Notes under the pieces: generated by a model
The model's input: the letters and a program-made list of their open reading frames with translations, nothing else
What the model was told of the DNA's origin: nothing
Database searches by the model: none
Program-made: the position numbers and the translations under genes
Assembly: GCF_006345805.1 (NCBI RefSeq)
Contig: NC_043019.1
Span: 15,995,360 to 16,059,359 of the forward strand
Direction: 5' to 3'
DNA: 64,000 nucleotides
Source of the DNA: Octopus sinensis
Taxonomy: Eukaryota
Shown: positions 12,719-25,845 of the stretch, piece after piece
How positions within the stretch are numbered: the stretch's first letter is position 1
Layout of the letters: every line of letters starts with the position of its first letter

Positions 12719-13139
12719 GGACACATATGGCGATATACATCTATACATAACAGACGCACGTACGTAGTCACACAAACCCATACACAGAGACACGCCCAAA
12801 CAGGCACACACAAGGAGACAGAGGTACACACACAAATATACATACACACATACAAGCACACACACACAAACATCAACACACAAACATATGAATATGCAGA
12901 ATACATACATATACATACAAACGTATACATATGTATATGCATATGCATACATACATACATACATACATACATACATACATACATACATACATACATACAT
13001 ACATACATACGTGTATATACATGCACACTGACGCACACAGATGCGCACAAACAAGCAAACAAACAAAAAGAAAGCAGCTCTGATAATGGACTGAGTCAAC
13101 GACTATTGAAGAAGTTGCAAGACGCAACGAAAATTCTAG

Positions 13140-13267
13140 AAAAAAATATAAGTACTAAGCTTTAAAGAAAGTACTGCGATTGATTCATTCAACCACAATT
13201 CTTCAAGGAGCGCCTCAGCTTGGCCGCAGTCTAATGACTGGAACAAGTAAAAGACAAAAGGATAAAA
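13140..13267 (+). mobile_element. SINE family B, 3' tail
   Basis: TAAGTACT...TTCTTCAAGG...CAGCTTGGCCGCAGTCTAATGACTGGAACAAGTAAAAG. Confidence 0.7.
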
Positions 13268-14092
13268 GACACACACACACACACATACATACACACACAC
13301 ACACACACACATACATACATACATACATACATACATACATACATACATACATACATACATACATACACACACATACACATATCTTTTTAGAAAGAAAAAG
13401 CCAAAAGGTTTTGAGGCTGATTTGATCGCTAAGCATTGTACCCGATCGTTTACGAATTTGCTACCAATTCACTTTACTTACTGTCTTCAATGGAAATAGG
13501 CGATATTGTGCGGCTTTAGCCATACACAATAAGAGACGAGCTATTAGCATATAATAAACCTCGAAAGGTGTCGAAATTGTAACGATATTTGGTCGATAAT
13601 TTATGAGGGGATTTAAGCATATCTGCGTCTATTTTGCATTTTTGTTCCTGAATGTTTTGTTGTCGTTCCTCTGTCCCATATTTGTTCATTACCATAAATC
13701 TGTTGTAATATTTTGTAATTTTCTATTACAAAAAAGTAACAACAAAAAAAGCACAACATTAACAGTGGTGTTCTATTTATCGATATTGTAATAACAACTG
13801 TTTGTATAAATATTGTGCTGAATCGGACTAAGACAAAAATAAATAGATAAAATAAACGAGTAAAGCAAAGGGTTTCCATAGACTTGGTTATTGCAAGAAA
13901 CTAGAACGCCCCTTCCCCCAGAAAATATCATGGTTGCTATGGAATGTGTTTATCATTTTATTTGTAATTGGTACAAATAGAATGGTAACGCAGTCACTTC
14001 AATAAGGACATTGACACATTATCTATAGGGATAGACAAAAACAGATTTCTGAAAATAGCAATAAAAAAGATCTCTGTATAAAATAATAATAA

Positions 14093-14093
<1 letters not shown>

Positions 14094-14145
<52 letters not shown>

Positions 14146-14165
14146 TAGTAGTAGTAGTAGTGGGG

Positions 14166-14219
<54 letters not shown>

Positions 14220-14220
14220 A

Positions 14221-14253
<33 letters not shown>

Positions 14254-14270
14254 GAAGAAGAAGAAGATGA
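14094..14270. repeat. Compound (AGT)n/(GAT)n/(GAA)n microsatellite
   Basis: Read directly. Confidence 0.95.
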
Positions 14271-14756
14271 TGTATATATAGATACATGTATATATAGATA
14301 CACACCAGGCAAGTGCCGTCAGTAATTACGTAAGGTAGGCAGTTGATGACCTTTATGTAGTAAAACACAAAAAATAAGGGAAACAGAGATGTGCGACTGA
14401 GTTGAAGGCAGATTTACTTCTGCCTTTATAGCACGTAAAGAAAACGGTGTTGTAGGAGTGTACGCAGCAGTGCTATGCGTAACTTAAATACTGAGATTGA
14501 ATAGTAGGGCCGAATTATGCCTACCAAATCTACAAAAAATAAAGTATTTTGCATTTTATGCATAATAATCAGAGTGAATTAGGTACATATTTTGCCATTA
14601 AAAAAATGTGCATACATTGCCTACCTAGGCGTCACGTCCCTGATTACACACACTTACACATACACACTCATAGAATTATATTGTTTTACGTGCATACATC
14701 TATGCATGCACACATACACACACACACACATATGTATATATTACTATGTCTTATAT

Positions 14757-14958
14757 ATGTTTCAGTCATTAGACTGTGGCCATGCTGGGCACCACCTTGA
14801 AGAATTTTTAGTCGACTAAATCAACTCCAGTTTTTTTTAAAGCCTGGTACTCATTCTATCGATATATTTTGCCGAACCGCTGTGTCACGGGGACGTAAAC
14901 ACACCAAGACCAGTTGTCAAGCGGTTCATGGGGGACAAACACAGACACATTCACACAA

Positions 14959-15004
<46 letters not shown>

Positions 15005-15158
15005 AGGTTTCTTTCAGCTTTCATATACCAAATCCACTCACAAGGCTTTGGTTGGCCGAGACTATAGTGGAAGACACTTGCCCAAGGTGCCACGCAGTAA
15101 GACTGAACCAGAACCATGCAGTGGGAAGCAAGCTTCTTACCACACAGCCACGCCTGCT
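14757..15158 (-). mobile_element. Full-length SINE family B with internal (TA)n
   Basis: Head (rc of GAAGACACTTGCCCAAGGTGCCACGCAGT...CTTCTTACCACACAGCCACGCCTG), internal (TA)n at ~14961-15002, and tail (rc of TTTCAGTCATTAGACTGTGGCCATGCTGG). Defines the intact family B layout. Confidence 0.88.
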
Positions 15159-15699
15159 TCGTCAATATATATATATATATATGTTTACAAATTTTTCCGG
15201 GTTTAACAAATACTAGCTTATGTTATAAAACACGAAACAGAATTGACGTGATGTGTGATAATAGAGACCTGATGTCATTGCGTTTCTTCTTATCTTGAAA
15301 ACAAGCCAGCAAATAAAGAAAAAGAGAGAAAAAAGAGAGAAATAAAAGAATGACAAGAGAACCAAAGGAGGAGAAGAAGGAAAGGAATGACAATATAAAA
15401 GCAGAAAGACTGTATTTTAACTCTGTTTTCTTGAAATTTCTTGAACTGAAGAACTGATTTCCCTGGAGAGAAATCCATAGGTGACCTGTCATGGAACTTT
15501 AAGAATCTCTCCATGGCTACAACAGTCACAAAAGATTTCTTGAATGACAACAAAGCTTGCTTGCTACGTTGACACAATCTCGGTTTATTTTCTGAAAATC
15601 TACAGAGAAAACTGAAGATATTTCTTGAGTAGGTTGTTGTTTCTATGACCAACCCATCTTGATTGTGTGATATATATTTCTCGTTTAAAGTGATTTAAG

Positions 15700-16260
15700 T
15701 TAAAACTTTCCGTTAAAATTTCATGTTAATTTATGTTCCAAACACCACCTTAATAATGACTGTTAAAAAATTTTTTTTTACTGAATTCTTCATTATTTTA
15801 AGAATTACTTGAAATGAAGACAGCGTATTTCAAATGATATGTGGTAATATTAGGGTTTAAATAATTGCAAAACCATCCACCAGAATTTCGTGTTAATTTA
15901 TGTTCCAAACATGAGCTTAATAATGACGATGTTATTTTACTAAAACACTACATTATTTTCAAAATTTATTGAAACAAAAGTAGTGTCTTTATGCCGAAAT
16001 ATGGTAATGAAAATGATAAAGTGATGTGAAAACTTTTCGTCAAAGTTCCATGTTAATATATGTTCCAAAAACCACCTCAATAAGTACAGTGTTTTGATTT
16101 TTACTAAAATCTTCATTATTTCAATACATATATGGTAACAAAAGGGTAAAAGTTATCGAAGAACTTTTCATCAAAAGTTCTTGTTAACTTCTTGTATTTT
16201 TACTAGATTCTTCATTATTTTCAAAATTAATTGGAACAAAGGTAAGAAAATGGGTTAACC
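15700..16260. repeat. Diverged tandem repeat, ~130-167-bp period, 3-4 copies
   Basis: TGTTAAT(T/A)TATGTTCCAAA recurs at 15724, 15891 and 16051, with a degenerate copy at 16182. Each is followed by TTTTACT(A/G)AA..CTTCATTATTTT. Confidence 0.8.
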
Positions 16261-17501
16261 CATATTCGGCTGTGACCGAGCTCACCTATGATCAAGAATG
16301 TTCCATCCATGACCCTTCTGTCATTCTCTTGGGCGTTGTGTATCTTGGAATACATTAGCTAAATATGTCCCACCCTCTTCAGGATACTTCTCCCCAGCTA
16401 ATTACAATTATGCATATAAAGCTGATGTTTAGGTTTCAGATGGCAGTTACTGTGCTGATTTGCTTGATTAAGATTTACTCAGATCCTATGCTTTTCAGGT
16501 GTGGCCATCCTGTATTTCACTCAAACATTATGAATACTGGAGTTACAGGTTTTATTTTATAAGCCTGATCTTCAATTTGGTATCTATATGATTAGTGCTT
16601 ATCTGATATCAAGCTCAATGTAATGTAGAAAACACTGGCAAATCTAACTTAAATTGCATTCTTTAAATATATTCATTAAGATCTTTTCTAAATTTTTCTA
16701 TGCGATGGCCATTCATACTTTAGGAATGAGCGAAGCCGTCGTCCCTATAGAATCATATGCAAGAAAACTACATTTGCGTGGGTTTCTATAATGCAAATAT
16801 TAAATAGTTCGCAAACTTTCACGTCATCTTCAATAAAACCGACGTTAAAGTTATCTACAGCTGTTTATATAATGCTCGTATCTCAAATATTCAATCACAA
16901 TTCAAAATATAAGAAAACAACACCAGAAACATCCTGCACCTATCACCGGAATAACATTTTAGGAATACCACACGCCATCTACTTAGCGTCAAGTGCAACA
17001 CGAAATAGTGTATCTATACAGCAAAGATAACAAACTGCAAATGATGCCGTTCGGAAGTATACTGCACTTTACGGAAAATACATTTGAAACCAGCTTCTTA
17101 ATTACCAAGTAAAGAATCTATCCGATTTCTCTTTCCCAATATATCAGGAATGTGAATGAATTACTAACATCCTGTTACGCTTGAGCAACCAAATATTTAA
17201 TTGGATCAAAGAAAGAGATACAAACCCTTGCTTCTCAACATGAGAAGTATCGCATTTATAGCTTAATCTTTTAATATGTCAAACAGGAAATGGTGCTCCA
17301 GCATGGCTGTAGTCGAATGACTGAAACATAAAAGAATCTAAAGAATCATACACACGCACGCGCACGCACACATACGTGCGTGCGCGTGAGTGTATATATA
17401 CACACACATACGTATATATGTGTGTATGAACGTATGTATGCATGTATGTACATAATATATGTATACACACACATACATAATACATATGTGTGTGTGTATA
17501 T

Positions 17502-17538
<37 letters not shown>

Positions 17539-17627
17539 ACGTTTCCTTTAAAACTGAATTCTTCTTTCTTAGTGAACTCTTTGCTAAAGTTTGCTCAAAT
17601 ATTCTCGTCATATTTATGAAATATTTT

Positions 17628-17652
17628 ACTATCTATCTATCTATCTATCTAG

Positions 17653-17726
<74 letters not shown>

Positions 17727-17790
17727 GTCTATCTATCTATCTGTCTGTTTGTCTGTCTGTCTATCTGTCTGTCTGTCTGCCTATTTATCT
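17628..17790. repeat. (ATCT)n/(GTCT)n microsatellite
   Basis: Read directly. Confidence 0.95.
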
Positions 17791-17811
17791 AGCCATCTAT
17801 TTATCTCCCCC

Positions 17812-17869
<58 letters not shown>

Positions 17870-18169
17870 ATGTCTGTATGAGACGTGTGTGTGTAAATAT
17901 ATATGCTTTTTGGTTAACTATGCTAGTGACACATTCAATATATTTAATATATAAAAAGTTTTGCAAATTGCCTGCTTACATGCAGAAATTCGAACCATCA
18001 AATGCTTGTCAAATCAATTAAGATACTTTTGACTAATTAATGTGCTAGTCAATATCCTTAAAGCAAATTACTAATATGTAAGATGTATACGATGGTAGTG
18101 GCAGTGACGGTAGTAATTATGGACTGGAAAAAGCATTAAAAACATTTTAACAGCTTCTTATAAAAGTAC

Positions 18170-18213
<44 letters not shown>

Positions 18214-18239
18214 ACTTCAAATGTTGGCAGAAGGTTGGA

Positions 18240-18428
18240 AGCTTTTGAGGGGAGGGGTTAAGTCGATTTCATCGAACTCAGTACTTGGCTGATACTTTAT
18301 TTCCTCGACTCCGAAAGGGCAAAAGACAAAGTCGATCTCGGCAGAATTTGAACTCAGAACGTAAAGACGGACGAAATACTGCTAAGCGTTTTGCCCAGCA
18401 TACTAACGACTTTGTCAGCTCGCCACCT
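18240..18428 (-). mobile_element. SINE family A
   Basis: AAAGTCGATCTCGGCAGAATTTGAACTCAGAACGTAAAGACGGACGAAATAC...GTCAGCTCGCCACC: reverse-complemented tRNA-like head with B-box GAGTTCAAATTC. Confidence 0.82.
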
Positions 18429-18469
18429 TGATGATGATAGTGATGATGATGATGATAACAACAGCTGCA

Positions 18470-19740
18470 ATAATTAATTCGTTTATTGGCCACAAGGGCT
18501 AACAAAAATCAATTAAAACATAAAGGGACAAAACACAGGACGAAAGTTACAAAGGGTTTTATCCGTTTGCAAAAAAATCCGTGTAAAAATCAGTATAACA
18601 ACGAAAATATGTAACAAATAGAACTCCCAATAGGGAGAGGCGCTTCGAAAGGTTACTCGTGGAAAAACCCATAAAAGCCACGCGAGTCTGGTCAAAAGCG
18701 GGGTAGAGAGCCTCTTTCTCCTTTTATATTATCTTTTTATATCACAGGTGTATCCTCAGAATTGGTCCGTTCATACTGGCCATTCTTGCGACATTTATCC
18801 ACCTTTCAGTAAACTTGCTATGAGACAGCACTTCCCTCTCTACTCTCACCTTCTTTTCAAGTGAAACTTGAAAAAGTTGATGAGGCCTTGGCCAAAGAGG
18901 AAAGTGTCTGACCTTAACCCTTTCAAACGGGTCCACCATACCACCTCTTTCACTACAGCCACTAGGCAAAGGAAAACTGCCTTGTCCTCCCGGTTAAAGG
19001 AGGTCGGCGGGGCAATCTTCACTATGGATTCAGCCAATAGCCGGATCCGTCCTATAGGCGACAGTAGCTGTTCGACATAAACCCATACTCGGGCGCTGGA
19101 TGAGTGCGTGCAGAACGGTTTCGTCGTCCTGAGCGCATCTCGGGCAGGCCCGGCCGACGGCACTTCCGTGCCGGTAGAGTTTATCTCGAACAGTCAGAGC
19201 CCCTCGGTAGCACTGCCAGGCGAGGGACCTTTGGAAATTATCCATTGGCCCAGGCCCGAAAGTTCTTCCGAACAGACTGTTTAGCTCGTTATCGTCAACA
19301 CCTAGAGTTTCCCCGAGAGCGTCGTCGCACTTTTCTTCCACTAACCCTCTATAGAACGCTAGAGTGGAACCACTACCGATCGCATTGCTCGCTTGGTAGA
19401 GAGCGGAGAGAGCTTGACGGCACTCGAGGTGCGAAGCACCCTTTCTCGGTCTGCGTTTGATCCAAGACTGCAGCTCTGTCAAAGAGACAAGCTGCGGAAA
19501 GTCGCGTCTGACAAAAGACGACCACACCTGTTCACCGTCTAGGAAACGCTTGAGATGCCGTATCCTGAGCGCATGTCTGTGCATCAGTAACCACGGCATG
19601 TCAAGGCCTCCGTTCAGCGGCCGTTGACAGCAGATGGATCGCCTGACCAGTGGTACCTGACCCTTCCACAAAAAGTCAAAGAGCAAGCGCACCAGCTTGG
19701 CCAACCAGCGGTCGGGACAAGGGATGACGCTGACTTATTT
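18470..19740 (-). mobile_element. 5'-truncated Tx1/L1-clade non-LTR retrotransposon (ORF2 C-terminus + 3' UTR)
   Basis: ORF 19030..19704 has the post-RT motif LFDFLWKGQVPLVRRSICCQRPLNGGL and the zf-RVT-like CPRCAQDDETVLHAL. After one frameshift it continues (VVKEVVWWTR...NFFKFHLKRR...ERW) to a stop at 18742. 3' UTR carries AATAAA (rc at 18482-18487). Confidence 0.85.
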
Positions 19741-19782
19741 GACATCAGACACTTTAATATTTCTCTTGTTTTAATATCTCCC

Positions 19783-19833
<51 letters not shown>

Positions 19834-19882
19834 CTCTCACTCACTCACTCACTCTCTGTTTAAGCGCGTGTGCATATTTTCA

Positions 19883-20290
19883 TATGAGAGGGAAAGTGTT
19901 TTTGTCAACCGTATTCAATTAATAAATTGCAACCTCTCTCTTTCACTTATATGCGTCAACGTTTAGTTATATTTGTATGTGCAATTTCTTTCCCTTTCCA
20001 CTCCCTCCCCTTTCCTCCTCCTTTCTCTCTGCTTATGTGTATCAGTATATTTCTCTTTGGGTTTATGAGGAAAGGGTAAGTGTTTACGTCAATCGCATTC
20101 AATTAATAAACTGCAATGTTTCCCTTTGTTTCTTTGTTTCTTTCTGTCTCTCTCTCTTTCATTTTTCTCCCCCTCTCTCTCTTTCTCTCTCTGCTTATGT
20201 GTGTCAACATATTTCTCTTTAGGTTTATGAGAAGAGGGTAAGTGTTTACGTCAATCGCGTTTAATTAATAAAATGCAATATTTCCCTTTC
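19883..20290. repeat. Three diverged copies of a ~160-180-bp unit with (CT)n spacers
   Basis: ATGAG...AAGTGTTT..GTCAA.CG..TT.AATTAATAAA.TGCAA recurs at ~19883, ~20063 and ~20226. Confidence 0.75.
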
Positions 20291-20790
20291 TTTCTTTCTC
20301 ACTTTCATTCTTTCTTCTTTTATTGTTTCTTTCTTTCTCTCTTTCTTTCTCCCCTTCTCTGTTTATGTGTGTGAGCATCTATATATCTTTGTCACTGCAT
20401 CTATATATCTTTGTCACTGTCTCTCTTTCTCTCTCCTCTCTCTCCGTCTCTCTCTCTATCTGTATATGTATATTTCAGCGCACGCGCATGCGTGTATGTG
20501 TGTTTGCCTCCAGTGCCAAAAAAGAACTGTCGCCAAAATGGGCTAAATGTCCAAATCATCAACAGGCAGGCCAAATGATTAGCATCCAAACAGCCGCAGC
20601 AAATCATCTCATTCCGTGAAGACAATATAGGCCATGATAAACTTGATAAATTGTCTGAATGCAAGACAGTATGGTCACTATTGGAACGCATTTGATCTAC
20701 TGGGTCAGGCAGGACTGAACAGGACGGTAATAATTAGCTACACAGGCAGCATATATCCAAAAGCATACTGGTCCGGTGGGTAAAAGTATT

Positions 20791-20832
<42 letters not shown>

Positions 20833-20837
20833 CGTCG

Positions 20838-20912
<75 letters not shown>

Positions 20913-21063
20913 CCACCACCACCACCATCATCATCATTATTGACATCTTCATGGCCGTAATCATCATCGTCGTCATCGTCATTATCATCATCATCGTCGT
21001 CGTCGTCATCACCATCATCATCATCATCATCATCACCATCATCACCGTCGTCATCATCATCAT
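20791..21063. repeat. Compound (CGT)n/(CAT)n/(CAC)n trinucleotide array
   Basis: Read directly; source of the poly-Asp/poly-Met ORFs. Confidence 0.95.
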
Positions 21064-21401
21064 TATTTTCCAATTCAAGTAGTTCGCCAGACCATTCCAT
21101 CCCACTCCATTCCTTCAGACCTTCATAAAGAATTGGCTCGTTTTTCGCTCTTGACGAAGCAGTCTCCAACAAGAACTGAATATTATAGTTTCCATTAGAA
21201 GGAGCAACAAAACGATACAAGAGTGGAAACCAAACTACACGGCTCATTAAGTATTCAATTAAGACAGAAATATGCCGGGCAAGCTTCACTTCATTCTCTA
21301 TTCCGACGATAGGTATAATACAGGTGTGTGTGTTTGTGTGTGTGTGTGTGTGAGAGAGAGTGTGTGTGTAAGTGTGCGTGTGAGTGTGTGTGTGTAAGTT
21401 T

Positions 21402-21446
<45 letters not shown>

Positions 21447-21731
21447 TCTGTGTGTTTGTGTATGTTGATATATGAGCACATATACATACATAATACATCT
21501 ATAAAACATATATACATATACACACATACACACATACACACACATATATGAATACATTATATGCATCTATGTAATATATATATACACAAGCATAAATATA
21601 TTTATGCATACTCATATAGACATATATATGTATGTGCGTGTACGTGCACACATGTGTATTTACAAATGCGTTTATTAAGTTATCCATGTATACGTATACA
21701 TCTACATAGTCATATAGTTATGCATATATGC

Positions 21732-21777
<46 letters not shown>

Positions 21778-21915
21778 ATTCATATCTATGTATGTGCATA
21801 TGTATGTATATATTCATTTGCATAAATACATACTTATATATATACATATATAATATATATACATATATATATATATATACATACGTTTATACATATATCT
21901 ATAGATACACATATA

Positions 21916-21973
<58 letters not shown>

Positions 21974-22025
21974 ATATATATATAATATATATATATATAC
22001 ATACATACATGTATATATACATTGA

Positions 22026-22070
<45 letters not shown>

Positions 22071-22072
22071 TA

Positions 22073-22108
<36 letters not shown>

Positions 22109-22834
22109 TGTATGTATGTATGTATGTATGTATGTATGTATGTATGTATGTATGTATGTATGTATACCCATATACACAAACGCATAAATGTTCAAAGCCA
22201 TGCTGATTATCTTAGCGTTCTTTGATTGCATTGCTCTCGCATGGATTGGTAACATCGGCCAACAATCGACTCACTGAATGACGAGAGAAGGATGAGAAAC
22301 AACAGGCTACTTCTGACTGATTTACTCGCTCTCCACATAAATTAATACCACGTTTTTTTCCTTCTCCCTTCCTTCCTCACATTCTCTTTTTCTCTCTTTC
22401 TCTCTCCCTCAGTCACCGCCCATCTACCCATCCATTCCATTCCAGTATGTTCCAATCCTACCTATAGTTCTCTTCTGCTAGTTTCAGTGAAAAATTACTG
22501 ACTTGTAACGTATACATTCTTGTTCAGAGGAGAAAGAAAAAAACAACTGCACCCACGTCAAACTAAGCTACAAACAAGCGTACAAAACAGTTAAGTCAAT
22601 CGCCATAAAATTTCCGAAGGAAAGTTAAGATTTTTACACTAAAACAAAACCAAACATATATAAAAGACAGTGAAGAGCGCGCGCACACACACGCACATGC
22701 ACACGCACACATACGCAAAGGTATGTAAGTATACATACACACACACACATACACACACACATACAAAACAGTATGCATGTATATATGTGTGTGTGTATGG
22801 GTGTGGGTGTGCGCATATACATACATATACATCT

Positions 22835-23261
<427 letters not shown>

Positions 23262-23559
23262 TCAGTTCGTTGTGGCGCTTTATTTAGCAGAAAATTTAAA
23301 ATGCTAAACTAAATACTTGTAGTTTTTAAATTCTGCTTTTGGCAAAGATTGTAAATGGATGGCGGAAAGAAAAATAATTATTATTAAGTTTATTCACTTG
23401 CCACTTATTCAAAATTGAGGCAGCACAAGTCATATGTGAAAACCTTAACATGGGAACAGTCCAACTGCTAGACACGGTAGCTAAGTCTCCCTCAAACTGC
23501 ATTTTTCTGCTTTAAGAAAAGGACTCTTTAATTGATCTGCTACCTGGAGTGATTGTGTA

Positions 23560-23712
23560 GCAAGATGATTGCTTTCCAATCACATGGTCCCAAGTCCAGT
23601 GCCACTGTGTGACTCCTTGGGCAAGTGTTGTCTACTATAGCACCAGGTCATTCAAAGCTTTGAGAGTGGGTTTGGTTGACAGAAACTGAAAGAAAGCCCA
23701 TCATATATATAT
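23560..23712 (+). mobile_element. SINE family B head, interrupted at its (TA)n
   Basis: TGCTTTCCAATCACATGGT...CCACTGTGTGACTCCTTGGGCAAGTGT...CTACTATAGC...ACAGAAACTGAAAGAAAGCCCATCATATATA. Confidence 0.7.
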
Positions 23713-23713
23713 A

Positions 23714-24232
23714 TCTATATATATAAAACTGTAGTTGTGTGAGTGTCTGTCCCCTTCGATTTAGATTCCTAACTCTTCCCACATTTTGTGGTGCAGTTTA
23801 ACCAAATTCGGGTATCTTATATTCGTGATTAATATCGAGCCCGTCTGGCTATTAGCGCGCGTCTACGATGAGTCTACGATTTTAAAAATAATTTAACATC
23901 ATTTTTTATTCCATTTTAATGCATAAAATGCATCGTGTGTCGATGGCGGCGGAGTTGGCGTCCACGCTCAAACACCTGCACCTGTGTTTGCTTCTCCCCC
24001 TTCTTCCCTCCCTCGTGAAGCTGTGGGGAAGGGAGTTTAAGGAAATCAACGTCGTAATGCGTTGTGAAGGAGACCAGCGTTCTTTTAGAACAACGACTTC
24101 ATGGCTTGAAGACACCAAAACAGAAATGGCTAAGAAAGCCCGAATTGGCATCTATAAGGGAAGTAACTCTCTAAAAATGCTTATATAGTTATTTCCCCTG
24201 CAAATCCGAGCAACGCCGGGCGATACTGCTAG
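23714..24232 (+). mobile_element. Non-autonomous Helitron (519 bp)
   Basis: 5' end A|TCTATATATATAAAACTG. 3' end has the hairpin CCGAGCAACGCCGG followed by CTAG|T (24229-24232). It sits between A and T with no TSD, the canonical Helitron layout. Confidence 0.75.
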
Positions 24233-24359
24233 TATATATATAAAACTCAACTTGTGTGTCTGTGTGTGTATCTGTGTGCGTGTCTGTGTGTTTAACTTCC
24301 CGGCACACCACCTCCTAGCCAACAAATCGTAGAACCACCAAAAATGGGTCACTTAAGAT

Positions 24360-24530
24360 TTAGCTGGCAAAGAACCAACCTTGTCACGCTGAATCTCCCT
24401 GAGGACTAAGTTAATGGCACGTGTGTTTGTGGAATACTCAGCCACTTGAGCGTTAATTTCACGAGCAGGTTGTTTCGTTGATCGGTTTAACTGGAACCTT
24501 CGTCGTCGTAACCAACGGAGTGCTATTTAA
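24360..24530 (+). mobile_element. SINE-like 3' body (family C)
   Basis: GCTGAATCTCCCTGAG...CTCAGCCACTTGAGCGTTAATTTCACGAGCAGG...GTCGTAACCAACGGAGTGC; recognised from memory as an octopus dispersed repeat, with no second copy in the window. Confidence 0.45.
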
Positions 24531-24570
24531 CTCCTTCGTTCTTTTTTGCCATTTCCGCCTTTTAATAATG

Positions 24571-24985
24571 ATTTCAAATCTTGGCACAAGATCAGCAAAT
24601 CCAGAGTAGGGATAAGTCTAAATCGATTACATTGAACCTTGTGCTGAACAGGTAAAAGGATAAAAGACAAAGTCGACCTCGGCGGAATTTGAACTCATAA
24701 TGTAAAAACGGACGAAATGCCGCTAAGCATTTTGTCCGGCGTACTAAGGATTCTACCAGCGCTCGCCGCTTTCTACCGCATTTTAATAGATATTGGTTTC
24801 AAATTTTGGTACAAGGCCAGCAATTTCGGGATAGAGTAAGTTGATTACATTAAACCCGGTACTCCACTGGTGCGTATTTTATCCGCTCCGAAAGGACTAA
24901 AAGCAAAGTCAACCACGTCGTAATTTAAATTCATGACATAAGCATTTTGTCCGACGCGTTAAAGATTCTGCTAGTTCACCACCTT
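24571..24985 (-). mobile_element. Two adjacent SINE family A copies
   Basis: Both begin TTTCAAAT.TTGG.ACAAG..CAGCAA and end in a reverse-complemented head (...TAAGCATTTTGTCCG...GATTCT.C.AG..C.CC.C); ~24571-24768 and ~24790-24985. Confidence 0.78.
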
Positions 24986-25254
24986 TTATAAATATCTATC
25001 ATTATTTTTTCTTGTTTCAGTTTTTAGACTGCGGCCATGCTGGGGCATTGCCTTAAAAAATATTTAAAGAAATTTATTGCATCGATATTTAACCGGAAAT
25101 TGGTGAATTGTAGCCTTAAATTACCCATTCTCTCCCAGATTCTGTTCGCTAATAATTCAGCACCCTTAAAGCTCAACACTTTGCCGATCCTTGTGTTAGA
25201 TAGCCCTGTTTCACACGCACATACGTACTCTCTTACACACGCGCGCAACTTCGT

Positions 25255-25515
25255 TTTGGGATCACTATTACTTTGTTATCTCCCCAATTTCTTCGCTCTT
25301 CTGTGTGACCCTTCTGTCCGGCAGTCGCCATGATAAATCGGTAGCCACTACACAAAATTTTTTTCTCTCCTTGTTTGTTTATGTGTTCTTTGCTGTGGAA
25401 GAGCCTAGGCTCGAAACGTAAAAGACTTTTTCAATTCCCGAGCGTTATAGTAATACATCTGTTTGTTTTCTACACCACCTGTCCTCCTCTTTTGTTCTTT
25501 TCGTGAATTCTCCCT
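25255..25515 (+). mobile_element. Penelope-like element pseudo-LTR remnant ending in (TA)n
   Basis: Contains the minimal hammerhead motif at 25387-25425 and runs into (TA)n at ~25515. PLE assignment is inferred from the ribozyme. Confidence 0.55.
25387..25425 (+). ncRNA. Minimal type I hammerhead motif (variant core)
   Basis: TCTTT-G-CTGTGGA-A-GAGCC-TA-GGCTC-GAAA-C-GTA-AAAGA: helix I UCUUU/AAAGA, helix II GAGCC/GGCUC, palindromic ACGU helix III. Core is CUGUGGA rather than CUGANGA. Confidence 0.5.
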
Positions 25516-25538
25516 ATATATATATATATATATATTAT

Positions 25539-25668
25539 TTTATTTTATAGAAGGAGCTTCTACAGGACTAGAACTGTTTCATTCAAACGAAATCATCAGG
25601 AGGCTTCCTGATGATTTCGTTTGAATGAAACAGTTCTAGTCCTGTAGAAGCTCCTTCTATAAAATAAA
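25539..25668. repeat. Perfect 63-bp-arm palindrome with 4-nt centre
   Basis: 25539-25601 is the exact reverse complement of 25606-25668. Centre GGCT; directly after (TA)n. Confidence 0.95.
25603..25651 (+). ncRNA. Type I hammerhead ribozyme motif inside the palindrome
   Basis: GCTTC-CTGATGA-T-TTC-GTTT-GAA-T-GAAA-CAG-TTCTAGTC-CTG-TA-GAAGC: helix I GCUUC/GAAGC, helix III ACAG/CUGU, GUA cleavage triplet at 25644-25646. U-U at the base of helix II. Confidence 0.72.
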
Positions 25669-25734
25669 TTAATTTACTCTGCTATGTATTGAGTACCTTA
25701 TTTACTGTGGTTAACCCCGACTCAACCCGGGACC

Positions 25735-25845
<111 letters not shown>

